In this document: positions 18,964 through 29,240 of the stretch, one piece after another
How positions within the stretch are numbered: the first letter of the stretch is position 1
Layout of the letters: each line of letters opens with the position of its first letter
Virus record (IMG/VR): IMGVR_UViG_2529292698_000003
Direction: 5' to 3' (one strand)
From: a virus
Length of the DNA: 64,000 nt
Notes under the pieces: model-generated
The model's database searches: none
What the model was told of the DNA's origin: nothing
Seen by the model: only the letters and a program-made list of their open reading frames with translations
Translations under genes and position numbers: made by a program

Positions 18964-20615
18964 TATATATCGTAATCAAGTCCTAAATCATACCCTTCTA
19001 AAAACTCAACAACTTCATTGTACATTTCAGGGTACATAGATGCTATATCTTCTATTTCCATTCCTTCTTCCGCATACATTGGAATTATTTGGTTGATGAT
19101 TTCTTGAGGGAGTTCGTTTTCACCTTTATCAAGGTTTAAAATTTCTGGGTTTACTGTTAAGAATTCTTCAAATTCATCCATTACATCTTCTTCGGCATTG
19201 ATATCTTGGGAATGCATATCAATGAAAGATTTTATATCTTCATTAGATATATTTGGGTATTTCTTTGAAATAATACCTGCAATATCAATATTTTCATCTT
19301 CTTCAAGCTTTAGTTTAGACATATCTTCTAAATTTTTTTTTACCTTTTCAACGGTTGGGTCTAAATCTTTAAAGGTTGTATTAAGTTTCTCAGAATCAAC
19401 AGATGGGGCTTCTGATAGTACTTCATCTTCATCAATGATTTCTTTCTTTGTAGTTTTAGTTTTGGTAAGTTTTTCATACATTTTCAAAACTTTACCTTTA
19501 TATTTTTCAAGAAGTTTAACCTCTTTTTTAAGTTCTTTCATTGCTTTATTATCAACCAATTCTCTCATTTCTTCACTTTCCTCAATTGAGTTTAGTCGTG
19601 AATTTTTTTCTTCTATTGCTTTATCTAAAGCTTCCATTTTAGTTGTGAGTTCAGCTAATTTAGAAGTTTTTTCAATCTCTTTAATAGTTTTTTGATATTT
19701 TTTATTTTCTGAGATTAATTCTTGTTTAATCATGGTATTGATCAATTTACGAACTTTTGATTCATCAATTGATTCATTCATATTATAATTTTTATCCCAC
19801 CAATTTCTTAGTTTTTCTTCATTTTCAGAAGATAGAGTGGAGGTCTCATCAGTTAGACCATATGTTACTTTTTGAATAAAATCATCAACATTTCTAGAAA
19901 TTGCCATTGTATCTACTAGGAAAGTATATAGCTCATCTCCGGTCATAGGAATAGTTTCTCCTTGGTATTCACTGTCTAGGAAGTTTGGGTAATTTCTTTT
20001 AATCTTTCCTTCTTTTAAATCACCATATCCACTTGATTTATATTTACCTTTAGGTTCTTTTGGTTCTCCAAGACCAGGTACATCCATTTCAACACCTACA
20101 CCTTTTTCACCAAACATACCATTTTTAGTATAGTAAATTGGATCTTTAGCTAGATTTTTAAGAACAATATCACGTAGTTGTTGTTCTGTCTTCTTAGCAT
20201 TTTTAGGATCTTTCATCTCACAATAGTATCCTTTCATAATCTCACCGAAGATTTGATTATCAGGGTTTTTCTTATCTGTACGATCAAAGTTATGTTTAAG
20301 TTTATCTTCTACTTGTTGAGAAACTTTTTTAATTTCAGCGTTAGGATCGTTATCATTTTTCTTACGAGCTTCCTTTAAGAAGTTTTCAAAGGCAGTTTCA
20401 TAAGATTCTTTTTTACGTGAAATAGTATTAATTGGTTCTATACCAACTAAATTTTCACTAATAACGTTTTTATCCTTTAGAATATTAGATGCTTCTTCAA
20501 ATGTAGCTGCATTACGAATATAATTAGGAAACATTTGTTTTGCTTCCTTCAAAAACACACCTTTGTGTCCTTTACCTTCTTTAATTAATTTATATTGGTC
20601 TTGTAAGGTTTTCAT
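18963..20615 (-). CDS. Putative prohead core / internal protein
   Basis: 550 aa, charged and modular; N-terminus MKTLQDQYKLIKE resembles the T4 capsid-targeting sequence; lies between portal and protease. Confidence 0.55.
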   Translation of the reverse strand: MKTLQDQYKLIKEGKGHKGVFLKEAKQMFPNYIRNAATFEEASNILKDKNVISENLVGIEPINTISRKKESYETAFENFLKEARKKNDNDPNAEIKKVSQQVEDKLKHNFDRTDKKNPDNQIFGEIMKGYYCEMKDPKNAKKTEQQLRDIVLKNLAKDPIYYTKNGMFGEKGVGVEMDVPGLGEPKEPKGKYKSSGYGDLKEGKIKRNYPNFLDSEYQGETIPMTGDELYTFLVDTMAISRNVDDFIQKVTYGLTDETSTLSSENEEKLRNWWDKNYNMNESIDESKVRKLINTMIKQELISENKKYQKTIKEIEKTSKLAELTTKMEALDKAIEEKNSRLNSIEESEEMRELVDNKAMKELKKEVKLLEKYKGKVLKMYEKLTKTKTTKKEIIDEDEVLSEAPSVDSEKLNTTFKDLDPTVEKVKKNLEDMSKLKLEEDENIDIAGIISKKYPNISNEDIKSFIDMHSQDINAEEDVMDEFEEFLTVNPEILNLDKGENELPQEIINQIIPMYAEEGMEIEDIASMYPEMYNEVVEFLEGYDLGLDYDI

Positions 20616-21307
20616 TCTTCTTCTCCTTTAAGTAGTTGTTTAATGTCTTTTATATAGTCTAAAATTAAATCTGTTGATCTAATAATGGCATAAGAGCCTG
20701 GGTTTTCGGTGTAGTATTCTATAGTAGCGTTTTTAGCGTTGGAAATTAGTGGGGATAAACTATTAAGTTCATTTTCAATTTTGTCAAATATATTAATTCT
20801 TTCTTGTTGAAAATCTTTAGCTTCTCCCTCGTATAATTTTTTAACTTCTATCCCTGATCCTTTTATTTTTTTAGGGACAGGTTTCCATCCTAATTTATAG
20901 TAATAAATATTTTTAGTTCCTTTAGAATTAGTATTTTTGTTAAACGCTTTAGGAGTAGCATACTGTGCCCCTGTTCCAGAAGTAAAAGAAGCTCCTCCTT
21001 GAGATGTGGATGATTGTTCTTTTAGATCTGGGTATTTAGTTAATAGTCTAGAAAATCTGTTTCGTAAAGATTTACCTAATTTTAATAAAGATTCTGATTC
21101 GGGGGTTTTAGTGAGTTTATATAATTTATTTAATTTGGTAGTTATGTTATCTATATCAGTATAAAGTTTTTTAAGGTTTGGAGTATAATCAACATCCCAA
21201 GATATAGATTGTGTTTTTGGATCCTCACTAGTTTTTGTAGTGATAAAATCTTCAGCTTCTTTTAATGATTTAAAAGTAGATAGTATTTCTTCTTTAAACT
21301 GCTTCAT
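20612..21307 (-). CDS. Hypothetical protein (head cluster)
   Basis: 231 aa, coupled to both neighbours; multiple LxE sites. Confidence 0.7.
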   Translation of the reverse strand: MKQFKEEILSTFKSLKEAEDFITTKTSEDPKTQSISWDVDYTPNLKKLYTDIDNITTKLNKLYKLTKTPESESLLKLGKSLRNRFSRLLTKYPDLKEQSSTSQGGASFTSGTGAQYATPKAFNKNTNSKGTKNIYYYKLGWKPVPKKIKGSGIEVKKLYEGEAKDFQQERINIFDKIENELNSLSPLISNAKNATIEYYTENPGSYAIIRSTDLILDYIKDIKQLLKGEEE

Positions 21308-22154
21308 TTGCTATCTCTAATTCATTAACTAAATCGCAATATTGAAGTAGGTTAACTAAGTTATCATCTGTTATTTTGTTTGAAGGTTTAACATCTAACA
21401 AATTTACTACTTCATTTAATTTTATTTGGGTAGTTTTATCAGTTACGTTTTTAGTTAAACTTATAAGTTCATTTTTAATCTCGTTAGATTTAAAAATATA
21501 AAATTCCTTTAAACGAGGTTTATTATCAATAGAATATAAAAGTTCTTTTAAGATTTCTTTTTGGGAAGAAGAGAAATTTTCATATTTCCCATTAAACTTT
21601 TCAAGAAGAATTCTATATGTTAACATTTTAACTTCTTTATCTTCTTTACTAAGTTCTTCTAAAACTTGATTTCTAACAGATTTTTCCTTGATAGGAGCAG
21701 CAGTTAAATGCTCTAGAATAGTTATTTTATTGTTAATAATATGCTCAGGATTAATAACTTTATCTGAATTGTGGATTTCTAATAGGGTGTAAAAAGCAGC
21801 ATGTACCTTATAATGAGGTAATTTATGGTTAAAGAATTCATTAATATTATAATGTTCTTTTATTTCATTAATTAAATTATATTTTTGTTTTTTGATTAAC
21901 CTTCTATTAAGAGTTTTAGAAGATTCAATCAAAGTATTAACTATTATTTCTGCTTTAGTTTCTGTTATACTAGTTTTGTTAAGTAAAGTTTCATATAGTT
22001 TATACTCTTTACCTAACTCAGTTTTAACAAAATATTTCTTTAAGAGACTTTTAATAGATGAATCTTTTCCCTCAAGTGTATCAGAGGTAATTTGTCTAAC
22101 TAACAGTTCAAAAAGAATTCCAGTGTTTTTGTACTTCGAATGTTTAATTTTCAT
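21294..22154 (-). CDS. Hypothetical protein (head cluster)
   Basis: 286 aa helical protein immediately downstream of portal; late motif at 22173. Confidence 0.75.
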   Translation of the reverse strand: MKIKHSKYKNTGILFELLVRQITSDTLEGKDSSIKSLLKKYFVKTELGKEYKLYETLLNKTSITETKAEIIVNTLIESSKTLNRRLIKKQKYNLINEIKEHYNINEFFNHKLPHYKVHAAFYTLLEIHNSDKVINPEHIINNKITILEHLTAAPIKEKSVRNQVLEELSKEDKEVKMLTYRILLEKFNGKYENFSSSQKEILKELLYSIDNKPRLKEFYIFKSNEIKNELISLTKNVTDKTTQIKLNEVVNLLDVKPSNKITDDNLVNLLQYCDLVNELEIANEAV

Positions 22155-22192
22155 TCTATAGTAATGTTTATTTATAAATATATGGAAAAATA

Positions 22193-24076
22193 TTATTCTC
22201 GTATTTGATCTTCATCCAACATTGATCCTTCCTTCTTATCATTTTCAAATACTAATCTCTTTTTTGATGGTATTTTTTCAAGCATTGCTTTTTCTTTAAG
22301 AGATAATGGTGATCCACCTTTATATTGAGGTTTAACTGAATCAGAAGAATCATTGTCTTTTTTCATTCCTAAACTACCTATTCTATCTTTACCAAAGGCG
22401 TTGTTTTGGGTGTTTCTTCCAGATACTTTTTCTTGTGGGCGGCCTAATGGTTTTTTATCATCTGTATTATATCCATCTGGGACATTACCTGGTTCAGAGT
22501 ACATTCTTTCTTTGCCATATAATGTAGCTAAGTCATGTGGGGTACCATAGGATTTGCCTGTTTCTAAAGGATCATTCCCTTCATTTTCAATTTGGGTTAT
22601 TCTAAATTTACGTTTAGCATCTTCTCTAATTAGATCTCTATATTCATCATATTGGTCTTCACTCATATGGAATAGATGATCATAGATAAAATCGGTTGGG
22701 AATAATTTTTGTTCCATCATTTGAGAAGCTAAATCCATTTTTTCTTTCATTAATGCTACTCTTTCTTGGTCATAAATGATAGAAGGGGTGGTTAGTGAAA
22801 GTGTAAAATTGGATAGGTTTTCATCTTTATACCCTTGGGAATATAAATGAACTAAAGCAATTTTATTAAGTTCAGAAACAATTATTCTTTGAATGCGTTC
22901 AATAGTACGAGCAAATCTAATGTCTTCAGCAGCTAAGGTTGCTTTACCTGTTAAATCTTTCTCATACCCTAAAAAAGCTTTTGGTACTTTAAGTGCTGCA
23001 AATAATTTATCTCTTAAATATTCTACATCAGTAATTCCATCATATTGTAAACCTCCTAGAGTATCTATAGCTGTTGCTTGATCATTACCTCGAACTGGGA
23101 TATAGAAATCCTCAAGTAGGTTTTGCATGTTATATTTTAGGTTATAATCTCCAGTATTTTGATCAATGTATGGGGTACGTTTCATTTTAGAGATTGTCTT
23201 CTGCATAAAGTTTTCTACTTCTGCAGGGGCAATATTACCAACATTAATTTTAAAGATACGTTTTTCAGGTGCACGTACAATTCTATGAATTAACATAGCA
23301 TCTTCCATTAATGTATATTGTTTAAACAACTTACGAGCAGGTTCTAAATAACTTCTACCATAAGGTAAAAAGTTTGTATCTGTTAATAAACGAAAGTGAG
23401 CTATCTCATAATTATCAAACAATAAAGAATTTGCTTGAGTATTATTACCTGGGACATCATAATAACCATAGCTAGATGCGGATACACCTTCAGGATCAAA
23501 TCTGAATCTTACTGATGCGGGATTATCTTGATCATATCCTTCTTGTCTTTCGATATGGTATGCAGTGTATGGGATAACATTATAAACCCCAAACTTTTCA
23601 GCAATTTCTAATTTAAGAAAGAAATCACCATACTTACACATATTACGAATCCAAGGCCAAAGATTAAATTCTATATTTAAAACATCATAAAATAAATTAT
23701 ATAATATTTTTTGAATATCTTCATCTGAGGAGCGAATAGATAATACCTCACCCATATCATTTTTTAAGGTACTTTCATCAGCTATAATATCAAGGGCAGA
23801 TGCAATAATAGCATCGGTATCCATTGCATCATATTCTGAGTAAAGTTGGGGTCTGAGGGTTTGGTAGTTAAAAGAATTCTGGTATCCATATAAAGAGGTA
23901 CTAGAATTAGTATATAAACGGTTATATCTATCAATTAGTGAATTTGTTTGAAATTCTCCTGATTGTTGAACAGTATTTATGTCTAATACTTTTAATTGAC
24001 CTCCACCAGTATTTCTAATGATAACATCAGTAGAAAATAATCGTTGTAGTCGTGAAAATAATCCTTTATCTGCCAT
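22193..24076 (-). CDS. gp20: Portal protein (T4 gp20-like)
   Basis: EDAMLIHRIVRAPEKRIFKINVGN, MQNLLEDFYIPVRG, IDTLGG, DVEYLRDKLFAALKVP, EDIRFARTIERIQ. Confidence 0.95.
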   Translation of the reverse strand: MADKGLFSRLQRLFSTDVIIRNTGGGQLKVLDINTVQQSGEFQTNSLIDRYNRLYTNSSTSLYGYQNSFNYQTLRPQLYSEYDAMDTDAIIASALDIIADESTLKNDMGEVLSIRSSDEDIQKILYNLFYDVLNIEFNLWPWIRNMCKYGDFFLKLEIAEKFGVYNVIPYTAYHIERQEGYDQDNPASVRFRFDPEGVSASSYGYYDVPGNNTQANSLLFDNYEIAHFRLLTDTNFLPYGRSYLEPARKLFKQYTLMEDAMLIHRIVRAPEKRIFKINVGNIAPAEVENFMQKTISKMKRTPYIDQNTGDYNLKYNMQNLLEDFYIPVRGNDQATAIDTLGGLQYDGITDVEYLRDKLFAALKVPKAFLGYEKDLTGKATLAAEDIRFARTIERIQRIIVSELNKIALVHLYSQGYKDENLSNFTLSLTTPSIIYDQERVALMKEKMDLASQMMEQKLFPTDFIYDHLFHMSEDQYDEYRDLIREDAKRKFRITQIENEGNDPLETGKSYGTPHDLATLYGKERMYSEPGNVPDGYNTDDKKPLGRPQEKVSGRNTQNNAFGKDRIGSLGMKKDNDSSDSVKPQYKGGSPLSLKEKAMLEKIPSKKRLVFENDKKEGSMLDEDQIRE

Positions 24077-24102
24077 TTAGTTAATTTATATAATTATAAA
24101 TA

Positions 24103-25683
24103 TTAGAGTAGCCATCTAATATCTTCTTTTCCATCAGAATATGGGTTGTCCATACTCCATGGGTTTTCTTGGTTATTTGATGAATATCCACCATAATATG
24201 GAGTATTAGTAGATGTTGTACTATTTAACATGCTTTTATACATATCTTCTCCATATTTGTTAAATTGTAAAGCTGTTGATCTAACATATTGCCCCATTGA
24301 AAAAGACATAACTAAATCATCGTTATATCCTGATTGGGCTTCAGCTCTATTATTTTTCCAAACAAAAGTTTTCATTTCAGATAATAATCTTTTTGATTGA
24401 AATATTACTCCTTTATCAGCTACTGATTCTTGGAATTTATTTATACAAATAGGTCTTGTTTTTGAATTCATTGTAAATCCAGGTGTCATTTTAGATTTAT
24501 CAACATATTCATTAAAGTAAGAATCTGCTTTAATCTCTCCACTTTTTGGTGAATGATACAAATTTTGATATCCTCTCTCAAGGATAGTTTGAATTGTAGA
24601 CCATCCAATATTAGCATTTTCTACCACTAACAAAGCATTATTATATTCAGTTGCTATACCCACTAATAAATGCCCGTATTCTTGTGTACCAATATGTCCT
24701 TTATATTCACCAACTTGAGTATTATTTTCAATATCTAATATATGGAATGCAGAAAAATCTTTACTATCACCTCTAGCTACATCTGCTAATACCATATATT
24801 GGCGAGAATAATCTGCAGGTTCCCATATCCATAAATTACGATCAGCTCCCCGTTTTTCCAAGGGATCTTTAACATAAGTTTTTTCATAGAATTCCATGAA
24901 TTCATTATAGAATACAGTATCCCCTGAGGTGTTGAAATCACAATCACATTCCTGAGCGGCTAATCTTGGATCACCCAATAAGATATCTTGTTTATCTCTC
25001 CAAGATTGGTCTCGTTCAGGGTGTACCTGCCAGGGTAATTTAATAGGTAAAAATTCACTATCTAACACATTTTCAGCTTCTTCCCACATTCTATGAAACC
25101 AGTTACCTGTACCGTAAGGGGTAGATAATATTATAGCACCTCCACCAGTAGCTAGAGTTTGTTGTGCTGATGCCCATGTTTCGGCTATATTATCAATAAA
25201 AGCAGCTTCATCAATTATCAATAAGGATACTGCTTCAGATCGTGCTGCATCTGGGCTTGAGGATTTGGCTTGTATTTTAGACCCATTTTTAAGTTTTAAA
25301 GACAATTTATTATTTTCTTCATGTGTTATTTTTAACCATGAAGGTAAATTTTCATACATAAATTGAACTTTAGAAACTAAGTTTCTGGCAGTTGCTTGGG
25401 TTGTTGCTAATGCTAGTATGTTTTTGTTTTCAAAAAATATCATCAACCATAAACCATAACCTGCAGATAGGGTTGATAAACCTAGCTGTCTTGATTTAAG
25501 AACTATGCTATATGGGTTTTCTTGAAATAATTTTAATACTTTTTCTTGAAATGGGTATAGTTGAAATTGAATTCTACCTCTCTGAGGATGTTGGATGTAA
25601 CAATATTTTTTCATAAAGTATACTGGGTTTGTGGCACACTTTATATATTCTTCTTTTAATATTTTTTTTATATCTTGGCTCAT
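24103..25683 (-). CDS. gp17: Terminase large subunit (gp17-like)
   Basis: LKSRQLGLST Walker A region, LIIDEAAFI Walker B, STPYG, AQECDCDF, ADVARG, nuclease DDLVM. Confidence 0.95.
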   Translation of the reverse strand: MSQDIKKILKEEYIKCATNPVYFMKKYCYIQHPQRGRIQFQLYPFQEKVLKLFQENPYSIVLKSRQLGLSTLSAGYGLWLMIFFENKNILALATTQATARNLVSKVQFMYENLPSWLKITHEENNKLSLKLKNGSKIQAKSSSPDAARSEAVSLLIIDEAAFIDNIAETWASAQQTLATGGGAIILSTPYGTGNWFHRMWEEAENVLDSEFLPIKLPWQVHPERDQSWRDKQDILLGDPRLAAQECDCDFNTSGDTVFYNEFMEFYEKTYVKDPLEKRGADRNLWIWEPADYSRQYMVLADVARGDSKDFSAFHILDIENNTQVGEYKGHIGTQEYGHLLVGIATEYNNALLVVENANIGWSTIQTILERGYQNLYHSPKSGEIKADSYFNEYVDKSKMTPGFTMNSKTRPICINKFQESVADKGVIFQSKRLLSEMKTFVWKNNRAEAQSGYNDDLVMSFSMGQYVRSTALQFNKYGEDMYKSMLNSTTSTNTPYYGGYSSNNQENPWSMDNPYSDGKEDIRWLL

Positions 25684-25686
25684 TTG

Positions 25687-26106
25687 TTATATTAATATAA
25701 TAAGAGCAGCTAGAGTACCCAACAATCCTCCACCTAATATTTTAACAGTGGTTTTTAGATTTTTATTTTTTCTTTCTAATTCACTATTTTCCTCTTTTAA
25801 TCTACTTACTTCTTCAGTATGAAGACTGTCTTGCATAGTAAGATTATTAATTTGGTCTAAATAATTTACTTCTTTTTGTTCTAGGATTGAAATAGTACTA
25901 TCTTGAATAGATATCTTAGACTTATATAGTACCATTAGGGTTTGAGTTTCTTGAAGTTCTTTTTCTAGTGAATCTTTTTGAACTAACTCAATAGAAATTT
26001 TTTGAACTATGTCATATGGAAGACAAATTCTATTTGTATCTGTCTGTGAGAAAGTTATATAACTCAGTAGGAGAAGAATTACGAATATTGCTGATTTTTT
26101 CACCAT
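25687..26106 (-). CDS. Signal-peptide coiled-coil protein with C-terminal hydrophobic tail
   Basis: N-terminal AIFVILLLLSYITFSQ, coiled coil, C-terminal ILGGGLLGTLAALIILI. Confidence 0.6.
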   Translation of the reverse strand: MVKKSAIFVILLLLSYITFSQTDTNRICLPYDIVQKISIELVQKDSLEKELQETQTLMVLYKSKISIQDSTISILEQKEVNYLDQINNLTMQDSLHTEEVSRLKEENSELERKNKNLKTTVKILGGGLLGTLAALIILI

Positions 26107-26389
26107 AATAGTTTCTTATATTTTCTATATTTAAGTTTATTGAATCTATCTTATGGTCATATACTATAAGACTATCTTTATATTTTTGTATCTCTGCTTC
26201 AAATTGAGTTTGTTCTTGTTGTAAAGTAACTAATTCTGAATCTAAACTGTCAATTTGTTTTTGGTACTTGTCTACAGTGTAAAGAGCGTTTCCCCTATCA
26301 TAAAGAGAAAACGCTAACCCTACTATTAATATTCCTATAATCCCTAATAGGATTAATTTAGTCTTATCTAATGTTATAACCTTTTTCAT
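26030..26389 (-). CDS. Membrane-anchored coiled-coil protein (spanin-like topology)
   Basis: N-terminal TM helix LILLGIIGILIVGLAFSLY followed by heptad repeats. Confidence 0.55.
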   Translation of the reverse strand: MKKVITLDKTKLILLGIIGILIVGLAFSLYDRGNALYTVDKYQKQIDSLDSELVTLQQEQTQFEAEIQKYKDSLIVYDHKIDSINLNIENIRNYYGEKISNIRNSSPTELYNFLTDRYK

Positions 26390-26398
26390 TTAAAAATA

Positions 26399-27271
26399 TT
26401 AAACTTTAACTTCTCTCCCAGCGGTACGTTTAAGATCGTCAAGCATTGATTTTGGAAGTTTATATTCTTCTTTTGCTTTCTTTAAATAAGCATCTACTTT
26501 AGGTTTATCATCTTTGTACTTTTTAATGAATTTAACTCCTAAATTAAATTTTTCTTTCTTTTCTTCTGGTGTTGATGATACTGTTTTAACTATATCGTCT
26601 TTTTCTCCATCTTTAACTGCTTCTTTATCTTCAGAATCCATTCCAGATAATTTTCCAGCGGGGCGTCCTCGTTTACCTGTTGATGCTTTTTTAGTTGGTT
26701 TATTAGGATCTGCCTTTCTTCCTCTTTTACCCACTGTTCTTTCTCCTTTGGTTAAAGCAATAAATTTATTTAATTGATTATCATATAAAGTATCTCCTTC
26801 TAAAGCATCTTCTACAGCATCATTAGCTCTAATTGCTTTTTTAAGTGCCAACCCTGTTAAATCAGGATTATCATTGATTACTTTTTCAATAGATGATTTC
26901 AAATCACCTTTAATTTTTGCCATTTCATTTAATTGCTCTTCTTCTATTGAAGAACCACGAGATGTTTCTGTGGTAGAATATTTTTCATTTAACCCTCTAA
27001 TATCTCTAGCAGCATTTACAATAGCATCGTTATAGTTAACAGCTTGACCTAAAGCTTCTACATCATCAATCTCATCCTTGGTGAGTTTGTTGAGAGCATT
27101 TATAAATTGGAGTGCATTTTCTACGCTAGTGTTCCCATAGTCTTCATATTTTGAAATATCCCCGGCATATTTAAGGAGGGTATCTATAGAAACAGACACA
27201 TTTGTATTCATTTCTTTTAATGCATAAGAAATTTCTTCACGTATAATTTCAAGTAAACGAGTCTTTTTCAT
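26399..27271 (-). CDS. Putative internal head protein with AT-hook-like motifs
   Basis: Leader MKKTRLLEIIREEISYALKE; GKRGRKA and GKRGRPAG motifs; late motif at 27287. Confidence 0.55.
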   Translation of the reverse strand: MKKTRLLEIIREEISYALKEMNTNVSVSIDTLLKYAGDISKYEDYGNTSVENALQFINALNKLTKDEIDDVEALGQAVNYNDAIVNAARDIRGLNEKYSTTETSRGSSIEEEQLNEMAKIKGDLKSSIEKVINDNPDLTGLALKKAIRANDAVEDALEGDTLYDNQLNKFIALTKGERTVGKRGRKADPNKPTKKASTGKRGRPAGKLSGMDSEDKEAVKDGEKDDIVKTVSSTPEEKKEKFNLGVKFIKKYKDDKPKVDAYLKKAKEEYKLPKSMLDDLKRTAGREVKV

Positions 27272-27294
27272 TTATATATTTTTATTTATAAATA

Positions 27295-27825
27295 TTAAGG
27301 AAAAAGTGTTTGTTTAACTTTTTGTATTCTTTCCTCGGTAGTGCCCGATATTTTAATGAGATTAGGGATTTTTGAATTATATTTGATTAATAACTTTTGA
27401 ATCTCATTATCAATCTTTATTCTATAATTAGCATCGGTTTCACGAACTCCATTATCCTCTATTTCAACTCCTTCAGGTGAAACATAAAAAATATAATCAT
27501 ATTCACGTAGTAAATGTGAAGCTGCTTCATTCAAAGTATCACATATAAAATATGATATTGAATGAGAGGATATAGTAAATGCCATCACATCAATTACTGT
27601 ACGATCTGTAATTACGTTTTCTAAATATAATTCACTTGAACGTTCAGCTAAAAATACAAATTGACCTTTTAATGTTGAGTCAGTATTTAAGGGAATCCCT
27701 AAATCACGTAAATATTTTGAACGTTCAGTTCGAAATTCATAACCTGAAAATTCAGGTAATTCTTTTAAAGCATTAACTAAGGTAGTTTTACCTACTGAAA
27801 TTGTACCGCAAAAACCTATTTTCAT
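27295..27825 (-). CDS. NadR/AAA_28-type P-loop nucleotide kinase
   Basis: MKIGFCGTISVGKTT, ITDRTVIDVMAF, YDYIFYV, IEDNGVRETD, ISGTTEERI. Confidence 0.8.
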   Translation of the reverse strand: MKIGFCGTISVGKTTLVNALKELPEFSGYEFRTERSKYLRDLGIPLNTDSTLKGQFVFLAERSSELYLENVITDRTVIDVMAFTISSHSISYFICDTLNEAASHLLREYDYIFYVSPEGVEIEDNGVRETDANYRIKIDNEIQKLLIKYNSKIPNLIKISGTTEERIQKVKQTLFP

Positions 27826-29177
27826 AATTGAGTTTGTTTATAATAGTTATCAGATTCTAATTTTTCATTTAATATCCCCTCAACAGTATAGATACCTTGT
27901 GCACCACTTACTGTTATACCTCTTGCACTCAAAGCATCACCTACAAAATGTACGTTAGAATATTTAGTTAGACTAAGATTTTTATAATCCACTAATGGTT
28001 CAGGTGAAAGATATTTTACTTCAGGCATATAAATACCCCAATCATTTTCTAATGTTGGGAATACTTTTTTCATATCCTCAATAAAATCTTCAATATAAAG
28101 AGCATAATCACCTATAGCATCATATAGTGGTTGAATACTATCTACTACATTACATTTAATATATTGCCCTTCAGATGTTTTAGAAGGTAAACGAGTGTGG
28201 TTAGGTGAAAAATAAGTACCCATACCATCTTTTTGTAATTTTTTAACTGCCTCTCTAGACCAATCAAATGGATCTTCAATACCATTAATTTCCATCAGAA
28301 TGCCAAAATTAGTCATATTGTTTCTATATGTTTCATCTTTTTTAGCGTGTCCATTGTAAGTATGATCTCCATATGTTACTTCAGTTGCTACATAGGCGGC
28401 ATTATTATTAGTACAGAATGAACGTAATGATACACCTTTATCTTCATATTTTCTATAAAGTTTAAAATCATAACTAACATCAATTAGTTTTTGGAAGTGT
28501 TTTTGTGGTGCTTCAAATCTTACTCCTATTTGTACTGATTTTGGTTCAGTAGGTAGTTTATAATCGTCTGCTAGTTGTTTACCAAAATCGATTCCTGATT
28601 TACCAACACCAAATATGAGTTTATCATAATCAACATAACCCCCAACACCTTTATTAGGCATTTCTTCATATTCTAAATGGTTATTTTCAAATGAAATGTT
28701 TTGTACTTTACTCTCCCAAATAAATTCAACACCATTATCAACTAAGAAATCGTACCAATTTTTACCTATTTCATGTAGATAATCTGTACCAACGTGCCAT
28801 ACCGGAAATAATCTTAAACCGAAATATGGTTTAATAAAATCTGGTTCTGCTTGTGGATCTGAGCATTGTACTTCTTCTGGTTTAGGGTGGAAACGTTTGA
28901 AATTATTGATTACCTGGTCCATCAACTCCATTGCTTTCTCATCACCACAATATTTTGATAATTGACCGCCAATTGCAGTGTGGTAGGTAAGTTTACCATC
29001 ACTCCAACCACCTGCTCCTAGAAATCCTGTCATTACTTCTTCAGGTTTTCTTTCATATGGAGATTTACCCATATCAATGATAGTGATTTTATCTCCAGGA
29101 TAACCATTATCCACTAATTTAGTAGCAGCATTTACACCTGCTACTCCAGCACCTACTATTACTATTTTATCTTGCAT
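27822..29177 (-). CDS. FAD-dependent oxidoreductase (uncharacterised dehydrogenase family)
   Basis: IVIVGAGVAG dinucleotide fold, GFLGAGGWSDGKL, HVGTD, QIGVRFE, RSFCTN, PEVKY, HFVGDALSARGI. Confidence 0.9.
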   Translation of the reverse strand: MQDKIVIVGAGVAGVNAATKLVDNGYPGDKITIIDMGKSPYERKPEEVMTGFLGAGGWSDGKLTYHTAIGGQLSKYCGDEKAMELMDQVINNFKRFHPKPEEVQCSDPQAEPDFIKPYFGLRLFPVWHVGTDYLHEIGKNWYDFLVDNGVEFIWESKVQNISFENNHLEYEEMPNKGVGGYVDYDKLIFGVGKSGIDFGKQLADDYKLPTEPKSVQIGVRFEAPQKHFQKLIDVSYDFKLYRKYEDKGVSLRSFCTNNNAAYVATEVTYGDHTYNGHAKKDETYRNNMTNFGILMEINGIEDPFDWSREAVKKLQKDGMGTYFSPNHTRLPSKTSEGQYIKCNVVDSIQPLYDAIGDYALYIEDFIEDMKKVFPTLENDWGIYMPEVKYLSPEPLVDYKNLSLTKYSNVHFVGDALSARGITVSGAQGIYTVEGILNEKLESDNYYKQTQL

Positions 29178-29206
29178 TTATAAAAATTTTATATGTTAAT
29201 ATACTA

Positions 29207-29240
29207 AAAAAAAGTGGCGTCTCCAAATAAGAGACGCCAC
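29207..29240 (-). terminator. Rho-independent terminator just upstream of the FAD oxidoreductase gene
   Basis: 10-bp stem GTGGCGTCTC/GAGACGCCAC, 7-nt loop, T8 tract on minus. Confidence 0.85.

Noticed and set aside
24103-25683. Intein or intron in terminase (also checked portal, capsid and primase)
   Set aside because: Lengths are ordinary, motifs are contiguous and no splicing motifs were seen
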